Positions 34,644 through 42,731 of a DNA stretch of 57,681 bases are shown here, one piece after another. Location: assembly GCA_964615505.1 (NCBI GenBank), contig CAZTOR010000001.1, positions 1 to 57,681 of the forward strand, read 5' to 3'. Source of the DNA: Candidatus Woesearchaeota archaeon. GTDB lineage: Archaea; Nanobdellota; Nanobdellia; UBA10117; ARS21. The position numbers and the translations under genes are program-made. Positions within the stretch are counted from its first letter, which is position 1; the number at the start of each line of letters is the position of its first letter. Below the pieces are notes generated by a model. The model was given only the letters and a program-made list of their open reading frames with translations. It did not search any database and was not told the DNA's origin.

Positions 34644-37600
34644 CCATGAAGCCCCCTAAACCAATTTGCTTGGTTGGTTCTCGTCCGAAAACTGAATCTA
34701 TACGTTTTTCTAGAAGTTTAATCGTATCATGAACATACGGTGATACGCCCTCTACTTCGATCAAATCGAGTGTTTTATCTAAATACTTCTTTATCGAACC
34801 TTCACTAATAGTATATATTACTCTGTCACTTTTACATGCACTACATTTTCCTGAGAGTGGCATCCGTCTAAATTTTTCATTACATTTAACGCACCTAAAT
34901 TTTTGCATAGTAAATTTTCTTAAATTTCCCTTTGTATCTCTGATAAAATGGCCGTTGATAACTAATTCAGCAACTTTTTCTTTATCTACTGCACGTATTT
35001 TGGTTGCCAAATCCATTTGACCTTCTAGTTTTTCATTCATAGTAGGTAGATATTTGTAAGAAGATACTAGTACTCCTTTATTCATATCCGAAACAGGGTG
35101 TGTCCATCCGTGATTTTCATACTGTTCTTTGGAATCAATTGTGTCCTTTATTGATTTTAAAGTTATGTCCCACGGATTTTTGAAATCGAGGGCACCAGTA
35201 TATAACTCCAAAGGTAGATTCCAATCTATATTTAAATCATAGACCTCATCATCCACTTCTTTAGAATTTAATATGGTTGATATTACAAGTGGTGCATCCA
35301 TGCTCCGTGTACCTCTTTGATCAGGCAAGAAATCTCGGGAGAAATTTAAGAATGCTTCAAGAGTTAGCATTATACTTGTTTCTTCACCATCCAAATCTCT
35401 TCGTTGTGCAGCATGCCAATAAGGGTGTGCGAATAATGCTGAAACGTTTGAGAATCCGATTATTCGTCCAATGATTCCTGCAGAAGTGTGTGGTGCAAGT
35501 CCAATTACTAAGTGTCCTATTAAATCGGCTTTTGTTGCGATATTATAAAAAGCATTTTTTTTGTAAAGTGTTGTTAATTCTTCATCGACAAAATGCGCGG
35601 TATTTATCAATATATTTGTTGCAGATTCCGGACCCAAATGCTCGGAATCAGGTATAATTATATCTTGAGGTAGTATCTCCACAATCTGATTTTCATTTAT
35701 TAATTTAGATCCATCTTTGTCAAATAAATATCCTAACTCATGTGCTTTTTTTATAGATAAGCCAATTTCTTTAGGAATAAAGTGTGTTATTCCTAGTTCA
35801 GTTCCATCATATCTAATTGTTCCATCTTTATTTACTCTTAATCCGTACTTTGCACGGATTAAACCTTTGAGTGGGTGTTCGACATATCTATATTTGTTCC
35901 TAGTTGATCGTACGCCCTTTATCAGTGAAGGTATTTCACCAGACCAATTTGAATTTATTTTTTGGAATAGTTTGGAAATTTCATATTTTCGATATTCGTA
36001 GTTTTTGTATTTTCCATGTTTTGGAGGTTCATCCATTTTCCTTTTTGATAAGTTACAAATTACTTGTTGTTTAGTGTTTAGTGAATCGCAGTGTTCACAT
36101 TTTTTGAATATGGTTTGTTTGTTGCAGTCATTGCAATGAATTATAGGTAGTTCAGAAGTAACGTATCCTTTAGTTATTACATCTCTAAAGTTTCTTAGGC
36201 GACCGCCTTCGTTCCCCACAGGAAATAAGAAATTCGGTGAACCTTTTAGGTCTCGCATTTTAGATTTTTCCGGTCGACCCATTCTGGCACCAATTGCAGT
36301 ACCGTTTTTATCTCTGATTTTAAAATTTGAAAGTTCATTTAAGAATTTGAAAGTTTCGTTTGATGTTGGAATATCTATTTTGCTTAGGTTTAAGTTTAAT
36401 TCGAGGTTTTCAAAATCGGAGATTGATATCCGAATTTTATTATTTAGTTGGCTGTGGTTACAGCCGATTATCTCTAAATATTTTTTGGGTTCAGAATTAT
36501 CTAATTCGATATATTCTGAATTTTTATTTCCTGAGTTTAGCCAATCTCTTAGCTTTTTTATTTTATCGATATTCAACTCCTTCCAAAAAAAGGTTAATTC
36601 GGGGTGAAGTGGAATTTTTTCGTTTTTTGAAATAGTGATTAATTTATCCTTAGGTAATTTTTCAGGTATAAATTTTTTAAAAAAAGTATTTGGTAGATTG
36701 TATTTTTTAATGAATTCTTCTTTATTTTGTATTTTTTCCTTTATTTCGAGTAGCCACCATTCAGGACAGTATCCTGCGGGAACCAAAATATGTCCATTTT
36801 CAATAAATTCTCCTGGTGAAATTAAAATATCGCCAAGAAATAAAATCTCTGATATGTTTTGAGAATAGTTTTTTGCCTCTTCTTCAGTTTGTGGAGTTAC
36901 GACTGATCCGTCTTTTAATTTTAAAATTGGTCCATTTATTGAGTCGCAAGATGTTAATGAGGTTGATTTTCCGGGACGCTCCACTCTTAATTGTGTTCCG
37001 ATAGCAAGATAATCATTGAGAACTCGCATAGTTATCGGTGATATTGCCCATGAACCGTGGCCAGTTAACCTAGATCTACCGTATCTTAATCTGAATCCAC
37101 CTTGACGAAGCGGGTGAGTAAATACCGGTCTACCCGCCACAATTTCTGAAATATAATTATAATTTGGTTTTAATTTATTTTCAGCTCCAGTTTCATCTTT
37201 CTTATTTGAATGAATTTTTGATTTTAGTGATATAAATTCTTCTAACCAAATCCAATTTTCTAGACCGAAGTCTCGCCCCCATTCTTTTAATTTTTTCCAA
37301 ACTTTTGTTCCTTTTAATGGTAAACAATCAGTTAACATTAAAGCCATACCTCCACGTATTCGATCTGTTTCTACTCGCGGTAGACCTTTATGATTTGATA
37401 CTGTTAGTTCAGAAGTAGGGTCTCCATTTAATTCAATAGTTAAGTTTGAAATTATGAATTCGATTTCTTTTTCTGTTGGTCTATATTGTTTACGTTCAAC
37501 CCGATCATAATAATCTATGACTTCAGTATGATACCTCTTTATTTCACTAGGTGTTGGATCATATTTGGCGATGTTTTGTTTTATTCTTACATAATCCGCA

Positions 37601-38109
37601 ATTACAGTTGTTACTGCAGAAGCTGTTGCACCACCTCCACGTATAGGTCCCGCATAATACATGGCAAGATAATTTTGACCATCTTTTCTTTTTTTGAATT
37701 TGATATCAATGAGTCCTTCCAATGGAGCCGATACTGTTCCTTGAGTAATGTATGCAAATCCAGTTCTAATTCCGATATTTATTCCTTCAATATTACTTTC
37801 AAATTCGCAAAATTTTTGTTTTGATATTTCTTCAGCTAAAACTAATGCAACTCTCCAATCACCGAAACCGTATGTTTTTTCTAATTCCCCGATTCGTTGT
37901 GAAACTCCGCTTCCAATTAAATTAGGAGATATGGATCCCATAATTGCTTCGACTCTTTCTGCGACAGATGCAGCAATAGGTATGTCTGACTTTAATTGTG
38001 GGTCTATTCCTGTCTTTTTCGAACTATTGGCCAGATTATGGAGATCGAGTGTTTCTGATTTTAGATTTTGAAAATAAGATTGTATTTGTTTAGATGCGAC
38101 AATATCCAT
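34636..38109 (-). CDS. polC: DNA polymerase D (Pol II) large catalytic subunit DP2
   Basis: 1157 aa. DP2-type N-terminus (IQSYFQNL...VAERVEAIMG...VSQRIGELE) and multiple CxxC Zn-finger clusters (CNDCNK..CEHC and CVKCNEK..CSAC). No intein-sized insertion. Confidence 0.95.
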   Translation of the reverse strand: MDIVASKQIQSYFQNLKSETLDLHNLANSSKKTGIDPQLKSDIPIAASVAERVEAIMGSISPNLIGSGVSQRIGELEKTYGFGDWRVALVLAEEISKQKFCEFESNIEGINIGIRTGFAYITQGTVSAPLEGLIDIKFKKRKDGQNYLAMYYAGPIRGGGATASAVTTVIADYVRIKQNIAKYDPTPSEIKRYHTEVIDYYDRVERKQYRPTEKEIEFIISNLTIELNGDPTSELTVSNHKGLPRVETDRIRGGMALMLTDCLPLKGTKVWKKLKEWGRDFGLENWIWLEEFISLKSKIHSNKKDETGAENKLKPNYNYISEIVAGRPVFTHPLRQGGFRLRYGRSRLTGHGSWAISPITMRVLNDYLAIGTQLRVERPGKSTSLTSCDSINGPILKLKDGSVVTPQTEEEAKNYSQNISEILFLGDILISPGEFIENGHILVPAGYCPEWWLLEIKEKIQNKEEFIKKYNLPNTFFKKFIPEKLPKDKLITISKNEKIPLHPELTFFWKELNIDKIKKLRDWLNSGNKNSEYIELDNSEPKKYLEIIGCNHSQLNNKIRISISDFENLELNLNLSKIDIPTSNETFKFLNELSNFKIRDKNGTAIGARMGRPEKSKMRDLKGSPNFLFPVGNEGGRLRNFRDVITKGYVTSELPIIHCNDCNKQTIFKKCEHCDSLNTKQQVICNLSKRKMDEPPKHGKYKNYEYRKYEISKLFQKINSNWSGEIPSLIKGVRSTRNKYRYVEHPLKGLIRAKYGLRVNKDGTIRYDGTELGITHFIPKEIGLSIKKAHELGYLFDKDGSKLINENQIVEILPQDIIIPDSEHLGPESATNILINTAHFVDEELTTLYKKNAFYNIATKADLIGHLVIGLAPHTSAGIIGRIIGFSNVSALFAHPYWHAAQRRDLDGEETSIMLTLEAFLNFSRDFLPDQRGTRSMDAPLVISTILNSKEVDDEVYDLNIDWNLPLELYTGALDFKNPWDITLKSIKDTIDSKEQYENHGWTHPVSDMNKGVLVSSYKYLPTMNEKLEGQMDLATKIRAVDKEKVAELVINGHFIRDTKGNLRKFTMQKFRCVKCNEKFRRMPLSGKCSACKSDRVIYTISEGSIKKYLDKTLDLIEVEGVSPYVHDTIKLLEKRIDSVFGREPTKQIGLGGFMDG

Positions 38110-38128
38110 ATTTATTTGAATTTTAGCA

Positions 38129-38141
38129 GTTTTTAAATAAC
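38129..38141. promoter_or_regulatory. near-palindromic shared TATA element (gtttttaaataac) between divergent genes
   Basis: Centred at 38135, exactly midway between the DP2 start (38109, minus strand) and the 38161 ATG (plus strand). Each start is about 26 nt away. Confidence 0.45.
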
Positions 38142-38160
38142 ATTATGGGAAATTAAACAT

Positions 38161-38469
38161 ATGCCTAGAGGTAGACCTGCATTTAGTCCAATTAGAGATA
38201 ATTTGGTAGAATTGATTTTTTACTACGGTAACGGTTATGGTTATGAATTATATAAAAAATATATTGAAGTTTTTCATAAAACAACAATGCGTTCAATATA
38301 TTATCATTTGAATAAAGGCGTTAGTTTAGGTGTTTTTAAAATAGATAAAGTTGAGCAAGTTAAGGGAGATTATAGTTGGGGAACGGGTGTTCGGAGAGTT
38401 GTTTTCTCATTAGGACCTAATGCTAAACCTAAAAAGGATATTAGGGTTCTTAAAAGATTAAAAAAATAG
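38161..38469 (+). CDS. small winged-helix DNA-binding protein (PadR-like), origin-adjacent
   Basis: 102 aa. GNGYGYELYKKY...SIYYHLNKGVSLGVF resembles the PadR-type wHTH (xGYEL ... recognition helix ... wing). Basic C-terminal tail. Confidence 0.5.
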   Translation: MPRGRPAFSPIRDNLVELIFYYGNGYGYELYKKYIEVFHKTTMRSIYYHLNKGVSLGVFKIDKVEQVKGDYSWGTGVRRVVFSLGPNAKPKKDIRVLKRLKK

Positions 38470-38471
38470 AG

Positions 38472-38623
38472 CCATACCCCTACATTTCCACTGTAATAAT
38501 TTAATTTTAAATTCATTTTTTTTCTTTCTTTTCTTTTCTATATTGATAATAAATAATATAAATTATTTTAATAATAATAATAATAAATATTTTCCATCAG
38601 AAATGATAGGGTATAGGGTAAAG
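38472..38623. other. chromosomal replication origin (oriC): inverted ORB elements flanking an AT-rich unwinding element
   Basis: ORB C lies at 38472-38495 (ccatacccctacatttccactgta). ORB D lies at 38590-38623 (ttttccatcagaaatgatagggtatagggtaaag) and is inverted, so both dyads face inward and both G-strings face outward. The 95 bp or so between them are almost pure A/T, with a 24-nt T/C tract (38516-38539) and (AAT)n. The origin sits directly upstream of orc1/cdc6. Confidence 0.75.
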
Positions 38624-38729
38624 CTTCTTATAAAAAAAATTATAAAATCAGTATACACAAATACATAAAATACAATACTATATTTTTGTGAGAATAAAAT
38701 ATTATAAGGAGTAGTTCTTATGGAAATAT

Positions 38730-39935
38730 ATGTCTGATGAATTAGATAGCTTATTCGATAATTTTTTAGAAAAACAATCTGTATTCAATAATAAAGAAGT
38801 TTTATTACTCAGGCATTTCCCAAACAATATACCACATAGATCTAATCAAATAAAGAAACTGGGATTAATTTTAGCACCTGCACTCAGAAACAACAAACCT
38901 TCAAATATTTTTATATATGGTAAAACTGGAACAGGTAAGACTTTATGCACTCAATATACTTTAAATAAATTAAAAGAAAAAGCAAAATTAGCCGGAACTG
39001 ACTTAAATTGCGCATACTTAAATTGTAAATTAAAAAAGGTTGCAGATACAGAATACAGAGTAATTGCAAGTTTAGCAAAAGCATTGGGTGAAAAAGTTCC
39101 AATTACTGGTCTACCTACTGATGAAGTATACAACATTTTCATAAATAAAATAGATGAAAAAGATCAAATCATTATATTAGTATTGGATGAAATCGATAGA
39201 TTAGTTAAGAAAACAGGCGATGAAATTCTATATTCTTTAACTCGCCTAAATGCTGAACTAAAAAATGCCAAATTATGTTTAATTGGAATATCGAACGATG
39301 TTAGATTTATCGAAGATATTGATCCAAGAGTAAAAAGTTCATTAGGTGAGGAAGAAATAATTTTCCCACCATATAATGCTTTGGAATTAAAAGATATACT
39401 TGAAGCCCGTGCAAAAAACGCCTTCTCTGAAGATACAATCGATTCAGCTGTTCTTGCTAAATGCGCAGCATATGCTGCCAAAGAGCACGGAGATGCAAGA
39501 AGAGCACTTGACTTACTACGAGTCGCAGGAGAAGTTGCAGAGCGTGAAGATAGTGAAATAGTATTAATGGAGCATATAAAGTTGGCTGAAGAAAAGATTG
39601 AAATTAATCGAATTTCGGAATTAGTAAAGACTCTACCAACACAATCAAAATTATTAATATATTCAATTTTTCAATTAATTGAAAAAACAAAATCTAAACT
39701 TGAAACTGGAGAAATTTATGAGAAATATAAAGATCTATGTAATATAAATAATACTTCTATTTTAACTCAACGTCGTATATCTGATTTAATTTCCGAATTA
39801 GATATGTTGGGCTTAATCAATGCAAGACTAATTAGTAAAGGTAGGCACGGTAGAACAAGAGAGATTTACTCAACAATACCTAATGATTTGGCAGATAAAT
39901 TAAAGGAAGAAATTAGATACGAATTAATGCTATGA
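38730..39935 (+). CDS. orc1: Orc1/Cdc6 replication initiator
   Basis: AAA+ protein with Walker A GKTGTGKT and Walker B LVLDEID, a DARRALDLLR sensor region and a C-terminal winged helix. 401 aa. Confidence 0.95.
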   Translation: MSDELDSLFDNFLEKQSVFNNKEVLLLRHFPNNIPHRSNQIKKLGLILAPALRNNKPSNIFIYGKTGTGKTLCTQYTLNKLKEKAKLAGTDLNCAYLNCKLKKVADTEYRVIASLAKALGEKVPITGLPTDEVYNIFINKIDEKDQIIILVLDEIDRLVKKTGDEILYSLTRLNAELKNAKLCLIGISNDVRFIEDIDPRVKSSLGEEEIIFPPYNALELKDILEARAKNAFSEDTIDSAVLAKCAAYAAKEHGDARRALDLLRVAGEVAEREDSEIVLMEHIKLAEEKIEINRISELVKTLPTQSKLLIYSIFQLIEKTKSKLETGEIYEKYKDLCNINNTSILTQRRISDLISELDMLGLINARLISKGRHGRTREIYSTIPNDLADKLKEEIRYELML

Positions 39936-41290
39936 ACTCAGAAAAAATAAACGATTTAATAAAAAAAGGAATTTTACCAACTCCTGAAACACTAAATAAA
40001 GAAGTAGTTGTAGTAAAATCTAAAAATAAAGATCTAAAACCAAATTTGAAAGTTGTAAAGGAGTTCGACTACAAACCTAAAAAAGTAGAACCAAAAGATT
40101 TCACCGAACATTATCGAGAGAGATATAAATTCATGAGAAATGTTCTATTTTCTAGACCTGAAGCATCAAACGCAGTATCTATTGAGCGTATTAAATCAGG
40201 ATATTCTCAAGAAGATCAAAGTATAATTGCAATGGTTTCTGATGTAATCCGGCTATCTACAGGAACACTCAAATTGACCGTGGAAGATTTAACTGGACAC
40301 ATAGACTTAATAATATCATCAAAAAATGAAGAATTAATCGAAAAGGCACAATTCTTAACGTTAGATGAAACTTTAATTTTCAAAGGACGTCCGTCCAAAG
40401 ATATTATGTTTGTTTCAGAAATAATTTGGCCAGATATTCCTACAACAACACCAACATATTCTCCTGAAGAAGTATACGCCGTTTTCTCAGGAGACATACA
40501 CGTCGGTTCCAAAAATTTTTTACCCAAACAATTCAAAACATTCATTGATTGGTTTAATGGCAAAGTCGGAAATGATAGACAAAAAGAAATAGCAAACAAA
40601 ACAAAATACTTCTTTATACCCGGAGACTTAGTCGACGGCGTCGGTATTTATCCTTCTCAAGAAAAAGAATTGAACATCAAAGATCTGCGCGAACAATATA
40701 ATGAATTAGCAAAATATATACAACAAATTCCTGATGATAAGGAAATAATAATTTGTCCTGGAAATCACGATACTGCAGTTCGGTTAGAAGAGCCGCAACC
40801 AAAAATGTACGAGTTCGCAGAAGCTTTAAGCGAATTACCAAATGTAACCATGGTTACAAATCCGTCTTACACAAATATACATTCTCAAGATGATTATCAA
40901 GGTCAAGATGTTTTAATGTATCACGGATACTCATTTGATCAACTAATTGATCAAGTAGAAGGACTAAGGGCAGCAGGTGGTTATGAAAAAGCCGAAGAAA
41001 TTCATAAGTTTTTATTGAAACGTAGACATTTATCACCAACACACAATCTAAACTTAACTCTTCCTATGAAAAAAGACCCACACGTAATTGAAAAAATTCC
41101 AGATATAATGGTATCTGGACATATCCACAAGGCCAGAATTGGAAAATACAAAAACACGATAAGCATTTCAGGTAGTTGTTGGCAATCCACAACTGCATTC
41201 CAAGAAAAAGTTGGTCATAAACCTGATCCAGGAATGATTCCTATTTTAAATTTAAAAACCAGAAAAGCAAATATGCTAAGTTTCAAATAA
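39932..41290 (+). CDS. polB: DNA polymerase D small (exonuclease) subunit DP1
   Basis: Calcineurin/Mre11-like phosphoesterase motifs SGDIHVGS, PGDLVDG, PGNHD and SGHIH, preceded by an OB-like region. ATGA overlap with orc1. Confidence 0.9.
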   Translation: MNSEKINDLIKKGILPTPETLNKEVVVVKSKNKDLKPNLKVVKEFDYKPKKVEPKDFTEHYRERYKFMRNVLFSRPEASNAVSIERIKSGYSQEDQSIIAMVSDVIRLSTGTLKLTVEDLTGHIDLIISSKNEELIEKAQFLTLDETLIFKGRPSKDIMFVSEIIWPDIPTTTPTYSPEEVYAVFSGDIHVGSKNFLPKQFKTFIDWFNGKVGNDRQKEIANKTKYFFIPGDLVDGVGIYPSQEKELNIKDLREQYNELAKYIQQIPDDKEIIICPGNHDTAVRLEEPQPKMYEFAEALSELPNVTMVTNPSYTNIHSQDDYQGQDVLMYHGYSFDQLIDQVEGLRAAGGYEKAEEIHKFLLKRRHLSPTHNLNLTLPMKKDPHVIEKIPDIMVSGHIHKARIGKYKNTISISGSCWQSTTAFQEKVGHKPDPGMIPILNLKTRKANMLSFK

Positions 41291-41321
41291 ATTTTATATA
41301 TGAATTTAATCTAAGTAATAT

Positions 41322-42104
41322 ATGTTATTCGGATTTATTCTACATCTAATTTCTTTTTCAATTTTACAATTCACTGCAATTTGGTTGGCACTAGAAAAAT
41401 TAAATTACGAACCAATATATTATCAACTTTCAACCAACATCTTTTTACTAACATTATTTATTGCAACAATATCATTATTTTTAATTCTAAAATTATCAAA
41501 AAGAATAAACATAATCAGATATTTATTTTACATAATTTTAATATTTGGTTCAAAATCTGTTTTTGAAATATTCTACTCTAATTTATCTGCATCAGTAATT
41601 TCTCTTTTAATTTTAATTTTATATATTTATAGAAGAAATCTTTTTTTACACAATTTAGTTTTGGGATTAGCAATACTGGGTATATCTACAAATCTAGGTT
41701 CATCTCTGAAACCAATAACTGTAATATTATTAATGTCCGTATTTGCAATATATGACATTCTGGCAGTTTATGCTTCAAAATATATGGTTAAGTTATTCAA
41801 AAATTTCGCAAATCGCGGAGCAACTTTGGCATTTATTTATCCAAAAAAATATGGTAAAATTACTGCCAAAAATTTATTTATTTTGGGAACAGGAGATGTA
41901 GCTTTTCCAATGTTACTTATTAGTTCATTAACCAAATATTCAATAGAATTGGCAACTTTGGCAGCAGCAGGATCAATTTTCGGAGCCGCAACCGTATTTT
42001 ATCTATTAAGCATACAAAAAAATAAACGACCGATGCCCGCATTACCACCAATAGCATTTTTTACAATATTACCGGTTATCGTAAAATTAATGTTCACCTT
42101 CTAA
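41322..42104 (+). CDS. presenilin / signal-peptide-peptidase homolog (GxGD intramembrane aspartyl protease, A22-like)
   Basis: Polytopic membrane protein with YD (AIYDILAVY), GxGD (LGTGDVAFP) and PAL (RPMPALPP) motifs in the canonical order. Confidence 0.75.
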   Translation: MLFGFILHLISFSILQFTAIWLALEKLNYEPIYYQLSTNIFLLTLFIATISLFLILKLSKRINIIRYLFYIILIFGSKSVFEIFYSNLSASVISLLILILYIYRRNLFLHNLVLGLAILGISTNLGSSLKPITVILLMSVFAIYDILAVYASKYMVKLFKNFANRGATLAFIYPKKYGKITAKNLFILGTGDVAFPMLLISSLTKYSIELATLAAAGSIFGAATVFYLLSIQKNKRPMPALPPIAFFTILPVIVKLMFTF

Positions 42105-42731
42105 ATCAAGAACATCTCTAATCAATTTATATTTCTTTGGACCTAATTTCTCGATAGTTAACATATCTTCTTCACTTGCTTTAAGAATATTTGACGGAGA
42201 TCTGAACGCCTGAAGTAAAGATTTTGCAAGCTTTGGACCAACTAATGGTAAACCTTCAATTAAAAATTGCTGCTTATCTTCCAATGTCCAAACTCGTTTA
42301 GAACCACGAAGACCCACGCTCCTATTTCCTTCCCTTTGTTCCCTTTTAACTAAAGATGATAAAATATTTGCAGTTTCATTTTCCGAATGCGAAAACAAAA
42401 ACGGAATTTGATAATCTAACAGAAGCGAAATCATTGCAGCACGAATTGCATTTGGATGAACATTCCTAACTTCAAATAAATCAGTTACGTCACCCTCAAT
42501 AATATAAATTGGTTTAACAAAATTTTCTTTCAATTCATTTGCTTGAGAAAACAATCTACCATCTATTAACGAATTAACAAAATCTGAAACTTTCTTCAAT
42601 TCAACAACAACATCTTCCGAAATAATAAAATCCCCAATCTCTAATGTTTGAGTATCAACTTTCAAACCAAGATCATAAAGTTTTCTAGGCAAAGTTCCTC
42701 GGGCTTCACGGTGGTCAATAATTATTTTCAT
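42087..42731 (-). CDS. XPF/ERCC4-type nuclease with (HhH)2 (Hef nuclease module as a separate ORF)
   Basis: IIDHREARG, IGDFII..VVVELKKVSDF (an ERK-box variant) and C-terminal GLPLVGPKLAKSLLQAF. Overlaps the helicase ORF by 17 nt and the convergent presenilin gene by 18 nt. Confidence 0.85.
   Translation of the reverse strand: MKIIIDHREARGTLPRKLYDLGLKVDTQTLEIGDFIISEDVVVELKKVSDFVNSLIDGRLFSQANELKENFVKPIYIIEGDVTDLFEVRNVHPNAIRAAMISLLLDYQIPFLFSHSENETANILSSLVKREQREGNRSVGLRGSKRVWTLEDKQQFLIEGLPLVGPKLAKSLLQAFRSPSNILKASEEDMLTIEKLGPKKYKLIRDVLDLEGEH

Noticed and set aside
34636-38109. Numerous plus-strand ORFs of 60-112 aa lie inside the DP2 gene (35277-35474, 35717-36001, 36347-36862, 37486-38071 and others).
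   Set aside because: These are antisense shadow ORFs typical of AT-rich coding DNA. Their translations are low-complexity and rich in Phe, Ile, Leu and Ser, they lack motifs, and they lie fully inside a well-supported gene. The same applies to 696-935, 1438-2955, 5066-5302, 13899-14108, 16568-16798, 17215-18273, 19806-20009, 22940-23134, 24604-24867, 25581-25769, 26956-27261, 29282-29464, 38911-39481, 40216-41190, 41381-41566, 42859-43065, 44116-44301, 46165-46905, 47176-48441, 48513-48824, 49541-49765, 50735-51067, 51945-52199, 53043-53282 and 56544-56726.
38570-38587. The (AAT)n microsatellite could be an independent repeat feature.
   Set aside because: It lies inside the AT-rich unwinding element of the predicted origin and is best treated as part of it.
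41322-42104. The GxGD membrane protease might be the missing prepilin peptidase (PibD/FlaK type) for the pilus locus.
   Set aside because: The YD ... GxGD ... PAL motif order identifies a presenilin/SPP-like (A22) protease, not an A24 prepilin peptidase. It is also 28 kb from the pilus locus. The prepilin peptidase is presumably encoded outside this window.
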